Origin: Balanoglossus misakiensis
Lineage: Eukaryota > Animalia > Hemichordata
Direction: 5' to 3'
Assembly (NCBI GenBank): GCA_040954595.2
Contig: CM082593.2
Location: forward strand, 9,123,200-9,187,199
Length of the DNA stretch: 64,000 nt
The number at the start of each line of letters is the position of its first letter. Position 1 is the stretch's first letter. The position numbers and the translations under genes are program-made. The notes beneath the pieces were generated by a model, which did no database searches, was not told the DNA's origin, and worked only from the letters and a program-made list of their open reading frames with translations. Of this stretch, positions 1 to 11,882 are shown in pieces.

Positions 1-121
1 ACAGAGAATGATGATGCAACATGGGTAAGTCAATCTTTCGGATGGTAAAGAATTATCTATTATCACAATCTGATTCAAATCAAATGTAGGGTACCTTGAC
101 ATCTTTTACTTTATGCTGTAG

Positions 122-1594
122 TAGTCCATGGGCCAGAGACCGAAACCCTCCCCCCCCCCTGAGGATTTTTGCAGACATATATTTTTGGAAAGCCTATTTA
201 TCCAGCTGTCAGAATCAGGTTGTTTGCACTCATATTAATGGTGGGTGTGGCCGTGAGGAGCGGTTGTCATGGTAACGATAGCATAATTTTAGGGGTACTC
301 ATACAGTTAAAAAATGATATATTTCAGGATCTGAGAAAGCTAGAGAAAAAATTTAAACATTGGGTCTTATAAAGTAGGGGACGGGCTATCCAATGATTAC
401 ATGACCGACAAGGTCAGAGGTCAAGTTCATCTTCAAAACGCGGGGTCAAAGTAAAAATTTCGCTATTTTTTGCACATCGATCATACATAGTTTCGATTTA
501 CTGGAAAACGGTTTGCTCGAGGAGGCTGTAAATTGGTCATCAGGTAGCATGGAACATTAGGTTTATGAAAAATAAGCTGATTCACGTCTTTGATATTAAG
601 TTATATTAAAATTCTGTTACCATAACGACGGATAGCAGATTTTGCGAAAATCACAAAAATAAGAATCCTGCTATATCTTTGCTACCAATTAAGCTTTAGA
701 TAAAATTTAAACACTCAAACTTATAATGTCGGGTGCGATCTTTTCATTGCTAACTTGAACTTTGGGGTTCAAGGTCAAGGTCATCCTCAAAGTTCAGGTC
801 AAAGTGACAAAATGGACATTATGGATTTTTGTTCAAAATGACATTTTACGGCGAGCGTTTACTAAACACTGTTTGGGTCTAGAATGCTATAATTTGATCT
901 CCAGATAGAGATGTGTATTGTTTACAAAGATTTTAATTTGTTTTGCTGTTTACATATACTTAATATGCAAAACCTGCTGTTTTAATGACAACAAAATGAA
1001 TGGTAGGAATAGCAAGAGTACTCATACAGTTCAAATGAGATATTTCATGTTCTTAGAATGCTAGAGATAAAATTCAAACATTCAGTCTTATAAAGTAGGG
1101 TACGGGCTATCCAATGATTACATGACCGACAAGGTCAGAGGTCAAGTTCATCTTCAAAACGCGGGGTCAAAGTAAAAATTTCGCTTTTTGGCATATCGAT
1201 CATACACAGTTTTGATTTACTGGAAAACGGTTTGCTCGAGGAGGCTGTAAATTGGTCATCAGGTAGCAAGGAATATTAGCTTTAAGAAAAATAGGCCTAT
1301 TTTCGTCTTTGGTTGTAATTTATATTAAAATTCTGTAACCATAACGACGGATAGAAGATTTTGCGAAATTCCCCAAAATAAGAAACTTGCTATATCTTTG
1401 CTACCAATTAAGCTTTAGATAAAATTTAAACACTCAAACTTGTATTGTCGGATGCGAGCTTTTGATTGCTAAATTGAACTTTGGGGTTCAAGGTCAAGGT
1501 CATCCTCAAATTTCGGTTCAAAATGACATTTTACGCCGAGCGTTTACTACACTGTTGGGATCTAGAATGCTATAATTTTGTATATTTTGATATT
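122..1594 (+). repeat. Left TIR (~1.47 kb) containing an internal ~720 bp tandem duplication
   Basis: About 345-895 recurs at about 1065-1580 (GTCTTATAAAGTAGGG...GGGCTATCCAATGATTACATGACCGACAAGG at ~364 and ~1086). It is the reverse complement of 3881-5389. Confidence 0.9.
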
Positions 1595-2044
1595 TTAAAT
1601 TTTAAGTTCAGGGTCACCTTCAAAAGATGGGGTCAAAATTCAATATCCCAACTCTAATTAGTGTTGCAGATCTCCCCAGAAAAAAACGAACCCTCTGACT
1701 TGGCCATACAACATTTTGTGTCATACACCATTTTAAAGTTAAGTTCTGAGAGTTTGAAAATGCTTGATGACATTTTCAATTCCCATGGCGAGCTGATGAT
1801 TTCAAGATTTAGTAAAATTGGTATATTTCTTGAAATATGCGAACGTGCATTTGCAATTGCTATAAAGGGACATACATTATCAGCATGCTTTTACTGTAAA
1901 AATACTATATTCAACTTATATTGTGGCCATTCTATGGTATTTCAGTTTAAATATGTACAAAGTTTTATCATATTTAGCACATTCTTATCAAGATGATTTC
2001 TGTTGATATGACAAGTTGACGTAAGGAGTCATCTTGCCCCTCTA

Positions 2045-3520
2045 TCAGACGCTGCAATTGCGTGTAGAACTAAGAACAATCTGCGTATCTGCTTCTTCAC
2101 TGTATCTTTTGCGATAACAAAAGTGGTGAAGTTTGGTCCTCCACTTACAATTCATTTTTGACCAATGTTGAGATCTACTTTTTTCATAATGTGTAGCATT
2201 TTGCAAAATTTGCTTTGTTTTCAGACTAGTGGTAAGCAAGAATGCCGTCCATTTTGTCGGAGCAATTAGATCAAGTATGATATGATGTGCTGGTGCAACC
2301 CTCACATCACGTGTTTGGCCTTTGATCCTTTGATCCGTTTGGCATCATAATTATCAATGATCATGTGTATTTGCGAATTATCAACAGGACCTAAAATTCG
2401 GCCTCTATTCTACATTATGTATTCCATAAATCATATTGCTATATCGATAAAAGTGATTCTGTCTACAAGATTAGGACCAGACAGAGACTGAATGGTCATC
2501 ATAAACTATGGCATCGGCAGCCTCAATGCTAGTCTATCTGTCTCCCGGAAATGAATTTTAAGTCCATCATCTGAAAACAAACAGAGAGGAACGTTGGAAT
2601 TTTCAATGACTCCAATGAGTGGCATCTTCTAACTTGTATTAACAGCAGGTAATCAAAGATAAACCGTCTTCTTCATTTTTGTCATGTTTTTACATTGCCG
2701 CAAGTCATACTATGATAGAAGCGCTTACACGGTTTGTCAGGTTCTTCTTGTATAATTATTTGCTCAGAAAAAAACCCCAGCCATATCTTTTGATATAGTA
2801 ATGTTGATAATTGCTTAAATGAGGGTCGGAAAGATCAAATGGGTCGACAAATGCTCCACCTTATAATTCTTAAAGCTTTGCCACATCAGTATTCCATCTC
2901 TTAATGACTGCTTTTCCATATTGGATCTTATTTTGTTTACCAATACTCATTACTGCATATTTATTTGTGAAATGTATCAGAGAACTTTGCAGTAATCGGT
3001 CCACCCAAAACCACTTTTCAAGTGCTAAACCTCTCATCTTTAATCCTATAACACCACCAGCACCCTTTAGTGAATCGTCAGATAAGTTTGCCATGAATCC
3101 TCCTCATTTAATGACTCTTGTACACTTTTGGGTATTCCATGCATCACCAGAATAAGTACTGACATGTATCTTGCATAGTCCGTTTCGATTGGCACAAAAC
3201 AACAGAGGAAATAATAGCTGATTCTTAGCAGTTTGGCAAATATCTCAATCACCATTTCTTAATGCACTTACATTTCCACCGGTGGGTAGAGTTGTAATGG
3301 CAGCAATACTCTACACAAAGTCATACCAAAAGTTAAAAGTTACTCCTCTCTTGTCTAAACCCAGCCATAAGCGGGAAATGATGTTCAATGATGTGTTCCA
3401 CAAAAGTGTGAACTATTTCCAAAAGTTCATTAGCAGGCTGGGAAGTCAAAAGATCACAATCCATCTCAGGCATTGACTGTGTTCCCTACCTTTACACCAT
3501 CATGACCATGATAAAAAGTT
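2045..3520 (-). pseudogene. Fragmented Academ-like transposase / XPG-like nuclease
   Basis: Minus-strand fragments: TDYARYMSV (cf. NYARYL motif), SLKGAGGVIGL...ALEKWF (cf. KxxGGxxG...AxxRW) and SEEADTQIVL (cf. EEADTR nuclease motif). Many stops and frameshifts. Confidence 0.65.
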
Positions 3521-3880
3521 GCACAACCTAGCGCTGGACGTTTCATCAGCAAGATGGAGGCCATGCAATGACAAACAACCGGAAAACATTTCCACATGAG
3601 CAAACGTTTTTTTTAAAAAACGTAGCATTCATTTTGTATGATTATGAATGATTGTGATTTAAAAACATTGCTTTTGAGTATATAATGTGTCTTAAGTGCT
3701 TTACGCACAATTTCCAAAAAATCTCTGTGCCTAAAACACAGATATTCGATCGGTTTGTCTGGACTATTGCTACAGTGGCATCATGGGATAACACATAAAT
3801 CAGCATTACTCGCACTCCCACGGTCGCGTTTTTTTATATAATAATATCCAGAAATCAAAGTGGCATCTTATTTGAATATT

Positions 3881-5389
3881 AATATCAAAATATACAAAAT
3901 TATAGCATTCTAGATCCCAACAGTGTAGTAAACGCTCGCCGTAAAATGTCATTTTGAACAAAGTCCATAATGCCCATTTTGTCACTTTGACCCGAAATTT
4001 GAGGATGACCTTGACCTTGAACCCCAAAGTTCAATTTAGCAATCAAAAGCTCGCATCCGACAATATAAGTTTGAGTGTTTAAATTTTATCTAAAGCTTAA
4101 TTTGTAGAAAAGATATAGCAAGTTTCTTATTTTGGGGAATTTCGCAAAATCTTCTATCCGTCGTTATGGTTACAGAATTTTAATATAAATTACAACCAAA
4201 GACGAAAATAGGCCTATTTTTCTTAAAGCTAATATTCCTTGCTACCTGATGACCAATTTACAGCCTCCTCGAGCAAACCGTTTTCCAGTAAATCAAAACT
4301 ATGTATGACCGATATGCAAAAAATAGCGAAATTTTCACTTTGACCCCGCGTTTTGAAGATGAACTTGACCTCTGACCTTGTCGGTCGTGTAATAATTGGA
4401 TAGCCCGTACCCTACTTTATAATACTGAATGTTTAAATTTTTTCTCTAGCTTTCTCAGAACCTGAAATATCTCATTATAACTGTATGAGTACTCTTGCTA
4501 TTCCTACCATTCATTTTGTTGTCATTAAAACAGCAGGTTTTGCATATTAAGTATATGTAAACAGCAAAACAAATTAAAATCTTTGTAAACAATACACATC
4601 TCTATCTGGAGATCAAATTATAGCATTCTAGACCCAAACAGTGTTTAGTAAACGCTCGCCGTAAAATGTCATTTTGAACAAAAATCCATAATGTCCATTT
4701 TGTCACTTTGACCTGAAATTTGAGGATGACCTTGACCTTGAACCCCAAAGTTCAAGTTAGCAATGAAAAGATCGCACCCGACATTATAAGTTTGAGTGTT
4801 TAAATTTTATGTAAAGCTTAATTGGTAGCAAAGATATAGCAGGATTCTTATTTTTGTGATTTTCGCAAAATCTGCTATCCGTCGTTATGGTAACAGAATT
4901 TTAATATAACTTAATATCAAAGACGTGAATCAGCTTATTTTTCATAAACCTAATGTTCCATGCTACCTGATGACCAATTTACAGCCTCCTCGAGCAAACC
5001 GTTTTCCAGTAAATCGAAACTATGTATGATCGATGTGCAAAAAATAGCGAAATTTTTACTTTGACCCCACGTTTTGAAGATGAACTTGACCTCTGACCTT
5101 GTCGGTCATGTAATCATTGGATAGCCCGTCCCCTACTTTATAAGACCCAATGTTTAAATTTTTTCTCTAGCTTTCTCAGATCCTGAAACATATCATTTTT
5201 TAACTGTATGAGTACCACTAAAATTATGCTATCGTTACCATGACAACCGCTCCTCACGGCCACACCCACCATTAATATGAGTGCAAACAACCTGATTCTG
5301 ACAGCTGGATAAATAGGCTTTCCAAAAATATATGTCTGCAAAAATCCTCAGGGGGGGGGGGAGGGTTTCGGTCTCTGGCCCATGGACTA
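3881..5389 (-). repeat. Right TIR (~1.5 kb)
   Basis: Reverse complement of the left TIR. Mirror ORFs 169..372(+) and 5138..5341(-) are almost identical. Confidence 0.9.
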
Positions 5390-6599
5390 TAGGGTATTCT
5401 TCTGCTGTTGCCTCATCCCGCAAGTAAAAGATGTCACCGTACCCTACATCTGCTTTTAAGCAGATTGCTAGAGTCAGTCTTATTATGAAGTCTTGTTGAT
5501 TCCATGTACCATTTATGTTTACCCCAACTGTTTCATGTACCTAGTGTGTCTATGTTTTGAAAGTACTCATTTGTTTTCACTGAGAGAGATTTGCAGTTGT
5601 TGCACTAGGATACCAATGAGTCATTGGTGTGAACCCATGATCACTTACTGAGTACATCTAATGATGTCAATTACCACCTGCCATTTTCTCCACACTAAAG
5701 TGCAACTGATTGTGTTTGACCTCAAATGCCTTCCCTTCCTCTCCTACCTGAAAGTAAAGAGAAAACAGTCACCCCAATGTATGTGTTGACCCAAGCAAAA
5801 CATGAATTAAAGTATTTCAAGTGTGTCCACCAAAATTGTAAGGGTTATCTCCTTGTTCGTACCACTCAAATTAAAAAACTCGTAAAAAATGTCGCTAATT
5901 TGCATTTAGTATAAATTGAAATACAGCTTCAACCCCTCCCCCCTTAATTAAAAATATTGTTTAAATCCTCTAATTATACTTTGATCTATTTTCTGTAAAA
6001 TACTATGCCATGTTTCTGAGGTCCCATTTCGCAAATCATTGGTATATATGTCACTATGGGATAGAACTGGAGGGACACTCACAGAAGACGCAACTTGTCC
6101 TGTACACGTTCCTACATCAAGTGGCCCTCCAATTGGCCTTCTGCTATCCCACAACCCACCATGTTTCCAAGATGGCGGTAAAGACAAACCTCCCCTATAG
6201 CATGTTCCAGTAGCATGCATCAGAATGTGTGCTCTATGCTTAAAGAGAATTTCTAGTTAGATACCTTAAAGGTCCCATGCCATGCCATATACAACCACGC
6301 GTAAAATCACTATTTGGGTCTTGAAGTTAACGTATGTTACTATCTTGCAATGCGTTTTGCCCCTTGTGCTTAGATAACAAGCAAGTAAAAGTGGCGGGTG
6401 GGCGTGTACCCCAAACCCAACTCAGTCGAGTTTTTCCGGCTTTTCGAAGTTCAGTCGAAGGCTTATCTTGATGTGGACAAATAGTCTTTCACACCTTCGC
6501 AAATCCTCTGCCCGTAATGTGAAACAAGGGCTTCCTTTGCTTTGACCGTGTACACTTAGGGCAACTTCTCATTCAGTCTCCTACTACAGTCATGACACC

Positions 6600-6815
6600 A
6601 TGGTAAGACGTTGTTCTTTTGGAGGTTGCGCCAACAAAGGCAGTTCCGATGTCTCACTTTATAGTTTTCCATCAAATGTTTCTCAACGATCTCAGTGGTC
6701 AGAGGCAGTCAAATAGACTCGGCCCGATTGGGATGGTCCAAAGCTGTACAGCGTTGTTTGCAGCGAACACTTTCCGGAAGAGTCATTCCATCGCGGAAAG
6801 CAGAACGACGTTCTT
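6600..6815 (+). pseudogene. THAP zinc-finger N-terminus of a transposase, with an in-frame stop
   Basis: Hand translation from ATG 6600: MVRRCSFGGCANKGSSDVSLYSFPSNVSQRSQWSEAVK*TRPDWDGPKLYSVVCSEHFPEESF. This shows the C-x4-C...FP...W...CSxHF THAP signature. It is absent from the ORF track because of the TAG. Confidence 0.85.
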
Positions 6816-7053
6816 ACTCTAGCTCGCGCTTTTGTAGCCAATCAGATATGTTGCTTTGGCCACCACCCGCACCTTGTCCTTCCGAGTCGGACTCCGACTC
6901 TGATTCGAAACAACTTGTTCCGGACGCCTGGGGTTCAAATTGGTATGGCTGTGCGCCGTCAAACCAATTCTCGCCAAAATCACTGTCTGAATTCTGGTTA
7001 ACATTGTCCTCCTTGGAGCAATGGGATAAATCACTGTCGCTGGAGTCCTCCAT
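6814..7053 (-). pseudogene. N-terminal remnant of a P2X7-C-terminal-like / KolX-type accessory protein
   Basis: Acidic leader, QPYQFEP motif, acidic linker and SDW, truncated just before the expected Cys-rich (WCxCxxC) region. Confidence 0.55.
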
Positions 7054-7977
7054 GACGACCCTTGGTTTAATAGGTTCGCTGGTGTGGCTTCCTTACAAGT
7101 GTTTATTTTGCGCCTGCGAACACTGTTTATATAGCTTGTCTTTGTCTGTGGACTTAAACCCCGGTGCGGGGTATAAAAGACCCCCCAAATCAGTGGCGAA
7201 TCTTAATGCCGTTTGACTGACAACAGACAACACCAACGAGCTTGGCTCTATGAAAATCGGCCCAAACAGGTCCAAGCATAAAGAATTACACCACACAGTG
7301 ACAGTAGTTGGCTTTATAAACACACACAACATAAAGTTATCGACGAAAAAGGACACGAGCTTTTGAAGCAACGATGATTTTGGGAGAAATCTGGTTTCAG
7401 TGCTTTTCAGAAGCGTCCCTGTGAAACAATAGCCACGCCATTCAATCAGCTGTCAATCGCAGAGAGGTGTAAAGTGTTCAATTATTTTCTATGTACATGA
7501 GATCAATTACACAGTCATTATGCACGACGACCACTCCCAAATAAACAACTATACAAACACACGTTAATCCGAACCCCAGGACTTTCCGCACCGGGGTTTA
7601 ATTACGCATGGACCGCTAATTACACCTTACTGTTAGCAGAATGGTACACTACGACGTAGTGTACTTGTTTGTCCATATGCAAATACCTTCGCCTGGCTCG
7701 AGTGCGAAGTGGCTCCCTGATCACAGGCATGAAAAAAGGTGGCAAATTCCGGCATTCGTGCACATTTTTTGGAACCGACGCAATAAGCAATGCATAGACA
7801 GGTACCCTATGTGAGCTTTTGACGTGGAAAAATGAAAACTTTCCAAAGCATGACATTTAATGTTTAATTTAGTCTGTCTGCAGTTGACAAGAATTTAACT
7901 AGTCTAACACAAAAGACAACTTTTCTAAAAGAAAAAAATTATGAAGAAAGGTACAAAGAAAAAGAGTGTGACTTAAA

Positions 7978-8265
7978 TTGTTAATCTCATATACAGTCAA
8001 TTCAAATTATAGAATTAGCATTTTCGTTCCTGACACACTTCCTGATAGACCCCTTAACTTCTCCCGATTAGAACATGGTTATTATAGTCATTCAAGAGAA
8101 AACAATATTCTTCATTCTCCAAAATATAACAATCGGTTAGGTCAGACTTTAATCAAATTTGTTGGTCCAACACTGTGGAATAGCATTCCAGAAAGAATAA
8201 AAAAATATTCACCCTTGTTACAATGTACACATGAAATAAAACATTATTTGTTACTTGATTTGTAA
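7978..8265 (+). mobile_element. 3' fragment of a CR1/L2-group LINE ORF2
   Basis: YSHSRENNILHSPKYNNRLGQTLIKFVGPTLWNSIPERIK matches the typical LINE ORF2 C-terminal GPxLWNxLP motif. Confidence 0.7.
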
Positions 8266-8331
8266 TATTACTATGACCCAAGTTTAATAAAAATGACAAC
8301 AGACACTGATTTGATTACAAATATCTGTGAC

Positions 8332-8725
8332 TAATAGAATCTCACACTCCCAAGGACCTTGGATCGTATTTCTCACAGGAGTTGGGGATTTTCTGTCCCA
8401 CTCGAGCTACAGGCGAGTTTGGATAGAAGACCTCTGACGAGTGTGAGAAAAATGATTCCAGGTCCTTGGTGTGTGAGATTATTTTTCTCACACAACCACA
8501 AATTAGCCAAATCCATTAAAAAACATTGAATAAATGACTCTGGAACTGTCGACCGAGCGCGTTGTAGTCTCTGTCCCTATAATACAGTCCGCGACATTGG
8601 ATAACATTTAGTGCGCATTAGCAAAAGAACACTTTGTCTACCAATCAGAGCTCTCATCATATACAGCTTTCACTTCAGTGAGAGTGTGTGATCGATTTGA
8701 TCTCACACTCTGATCCCACACTCCC
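8332..8725. repeat. Interspersed MITE-like repeat (TAATAGAATCTCACACTCC family)
   Basis: Same sequence family as 39772-40169, 56150-56500 and 63064-63400. Confidence 0.7.
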
Positions 8726-9788
8726 AAGAAACAAGAAAGTAGTATCTTGGCTGTCAATGCGCAACACACCGGTATTCAAGAATGTAGACAGTGTGTTTGT
8801 CAATACAGCCAAGGAATACACCATTTGAATATTCATGTGTATAATCCAGTAGTTTGTCTTATGACAGGTTAAGCACTGACACTGAGAGACATAGGCACAT
8901 CAAAGAGAGTGACCTACTATGGACTAGTCCACTTAGATTGGTATGTACATTTCAACTCTTTTCAATATTGGCTGTGCAATGCATGCTGGTTTTGTTGCAT
9001 CTTTGCCACTAAAGAGATACTGATAGTACATGTAATTTTGGGTGTTTTTCTCAATGTTTATATTGTGTTTTGATTGTCTGTTCTACTTCATTGGCTGTAA
9101 CTTTTCACTTTGATTTCAGTATTTTTGTTTTGAGTATTTACTGCAGTGTCTTGTTCAAATCCCTGAATCATGATGAAATGTAGCTTATCAACACAACAAA
9201 TACATGTGTATAGTCAGCATTGTTATTCTAAATTTGAATTAAAGTCCAGACTAGAATTCATTTGTAAACAATAACAATAGCCGTTACACACGTAAAGGTT
9301 ATGTTGACAAGTGGAGAACTGGGTATAGCATGTGTTACAGTTAATGTCCCTGTAAATATCACATACATGTGTCTAGTTGTGTACATGCAACTCATAAGTA
9401 TGTCATATTTATTGATTTACTGTGAAATATCCCCCTGTTTTTTGATTAAATGTAAATATTGTTTGTTGTAGAAAGCACAATTCTCTTAGTACCATAGATG
9501 TCAGTGCTTATTTTAAAGCTGAAAGTGACATTTTCAACACTAAATGCAAGGAAATGTAACTAAATATTTTAATTTTGCAGTCAAGGTGCCACATAGTCAA
9601 CTGTGAACTGCATTTTAAATCTAAACACATATTGGTGTTATATTTTTTGCTAATAAGCAAAGATCTGTATCCTATCCACAAAGTATATCATTCACACAGT
9701 ATTATCTTAATGCAGCTTATGAAATTGCTAGAACCATTGTAATATTAGGATGATATTTAAAGAAAAGTAATTATATTTATATTAACAG

Positions 9789-9857
9789 TATGTAAAAGTT
9801 ATGAAGATTTAGCCTCAAATGATGAGGTGATGTCTGTACGAGCTGTTCCAATACATG
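9789..9857 (+). other. Possible isolated 69-nt phase-1/1 exon of an unknown gene
   Basis: ttaacag acceptor and gtgagt donor. Open frame xCKSYEDLASNDEVMSVRAVPIH. No recognised homology. Confidence 0.3.
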
Positions 9858-10291
9858 GTGAGTGAATTTCAAAACCTTTTGTTCAATCAACCTTTCTACT
9901 GTCCTGTGATTCCAAAAGTAATTGAAATATCATTACACATGTACCTATATATAGTGAAGAATCTACTGTAAATAGAGCACACTCTGGCAAGGGGTTATGT
10001 AATAGAGAACCACCGACCCCGAGGTGGTTCTTGGTTTCGAATCGCCGAGGGCCGCATTGGAAGCCAAGAACCACGGAGGGGGAGGTGGTTCTCTAACTTA
10101 AACCACGATCCCCCACTGACATTGTCACCATTGGAGCTTTGTGAATCTTTAAGACGTCGTATTACACAACATTGCCTTGTCACACTTGGCTATGGGCTAC
10201 TGCCGTGATCCCAGGGTGGGCAGTTCAAATTTCTGGCCGTTACATTGTTTTTCGTAAATCTCACTGTTTTGTAGGTATGCATGTATGATAA

Positions 10292-11340
10292 AGGGGTTAT
10301 TACACGAATTATAGTCGATAACGTGACACATTCTCGTGATGTTCGTATTTTGACTTGTTGCTTCCGCAACTCATCAAAATATGGACATCACTTGAATACT
10401 TACATATAATCCCATGATATCTTTCTTTGTTTGACGTCATCGTATACGAGTGGTTTTCGCTGAGCAGTGCAACTTCGAGCCGCAGGCGAGAAGTTGTACG
10501 CTTCCGCGAAAACCACGAGTATACGATGACGTTAAACAAAGAAAGATATCATGGGATTATATATTTATCACATGAACAGTCTTCTTATTTTTCGTTAGAA
10601 GCAGGACTAAAACAATTCAGTACCTTGCAACAATTTTGGAGCGGTGTCGTATTTTACTGAGCGGGATTATGTCCCCCAGGAGATATATGTTGGGAGATTT
10701 TATGAATGATCAGCGATAGTTCATCATTTGCATATACGCAAATGGTGAACTATCGCTGATCATTCATAAAATCTCCCAACAAGTCGTCCCGTTGAGTTCC
10801 GTTCGCTCGAAGTTCGGCCTTACACAAATGTAATCGATTCTCTAACAATTTTACTGCAACCTGTTGCCACGTCTTATACATTTCGTTGACCGGTGCAATA
10901 GAGAGGTTCAGTCGTCACGCTGAACTGGCTCGAAACAATTCCCCACACTGATTCGACTCGGAACGTACCGGACTTGCGCCTAGCCTAGGCTATGTACACC
11001 TAGCTGACCCAAAACTTTGACAACCACGATCGTCCATGATCGTTGCGTCGACTGTCTTCTTTCCAAATTCCACCTTTCTGTTTTGAGCTTACAAAGCGTT
11101 ATTGTCATGGAACCGTCATTTTTTTATTTCATTTCTGTATTGTAAATGCCGCGCGCTACACGTACTGTTTCTGTTTGACAACAAAGCTACGGCGAATCTG
11201 TGGAAATAGTTCCGGTTGATGACGTAACACAGGGGTGATCAGGATTTTTGATCTGTCCTGGTCTACGTCACACAGGTGGTGATCAGGGCCAGTTCATGTG
11301 ATAAGACATGTTATCGACCAAATTTAGTGTAATAACCCCT
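10292..11340. mobile_element. Non-autonomous TIR element with nested hairpin elements
   Basis: TIR AGGGGTTATTACAC / GTGTAATAACCCCT in TAA-like context. Internal long inverted repeats at ~10405-10561 and ~10689-10780, plus TTATCACATGAAC / GTTCATGTGATAA. Confidence 0.65.
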
Positions 11341-11389
11341 AAGTACCACCCTCTAATTTTAAAGAACATTAATTATGGTAGCCCATTAA

Positions 11390-11474
11390 CCCTTTCACAA
11401 CCAAGGTTCAGTCCAAACCCATTGTTTTCCATTAAAAGGTTCGGCCTGTATAGAAGGAACTTGGGGTGAAAGGG
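11390..11474. mobile_element. Tiny piggyBac-like MITE
   Basis: TTAA|CCCTTTCAC...GTGAAAGGG|TTAA. A related degenerate copy lies near 13540-13635. Confidence 0.65.
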
Positions 11475-11635
11475 TTAAAGGGACAAAGTCGCTCTTTTTG
11501 ACTTTTGACTCACTTGCTTTTATTAGAGGTTCCTACTTTTAAATTTTTCATAAAATGTTTAATCAAATCTGTCTACAATCAGACTAGACGTTGTTTACAT
11601 ACACTTTTTGTTAAATGATTGTTGTTGTATTTCAG

Positions 11636-11734
11636 ATTGTTGTCAGGAGCAGGTGAGAAATACAGTATGATTTGTGAAGGTCTGAGTACTGCATTGCAGT
11701 TATTTGGTGATATGAAGAGTTTACGATATTCAAG
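11636..11734 (+). pseudogene. MED25: MED25 VWA-domain exon (99 nt)
   Basis: ttcag/gtaatt splice sites. Translates [30 protein letters not shown], resembling MED25 [23 protein letters not shown] (recalled, not searched). Confidence 0.85.
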
Positions 11735-11882
11735 GTAATTATGGTAAAATTCAGAGTTTAAAGATCATTCTCTAGTTATGGCCCCCACTTTTCGAGGTGG
11801 TTTATCTGTTTATGTAAAGCTCACCATGTCAACCAGGAAATGATTCCATACAGACAGTGGAGTACAACTGAGATGTGAAGTA

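Larger units (their letters stand above)
122..5389 (-). mobile_element. Degenerate Academ-like (AcademX-type) DNA transposon with very long TIRs
   Basis: Termini TAGTCCATGGGCCAGAGACC (122) and GGTCTCTGGCCCATGGACTA (5389). Inverted identity runs about 122-1594 vs 3881-5389. The 3-bp duplication TAG flanks both ends (119-121, 5390-5392). The interior holds broken minus-strand transposase/nuclease motifs. Confidence 0.75.
6270..7856. mobile_element. Internally deleted Kolobok-like DNA transposon
   Basis: TTAA at both sides (6266-6269, 7857-7860). Imperfect termini AGGTCCCATGC / GCATGACAT. Contains convergent THAP and PYQFEP-protein 5' remnants. Confidence 0.55.

Noticed and set aside
119-135. 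AGTAGT start suggesting a Polinton/Maverick
   Set aside because: The right end is GGACTA-TAG, not ACTACT. There is no 6-bp TSD and no polymerase B or integrase remnant.
169-372. Mirror ORFs 169..372 and 5138..5341 as genes
   Set aside because: They are by-products of the TIR, with non-ATG starts and no motif.
6695-7216. 173-aa plus-strand ORF
   Set aside because: It is the antisense shadow of the acidic minus-strand ORF and is out of frame with the THAP domain.
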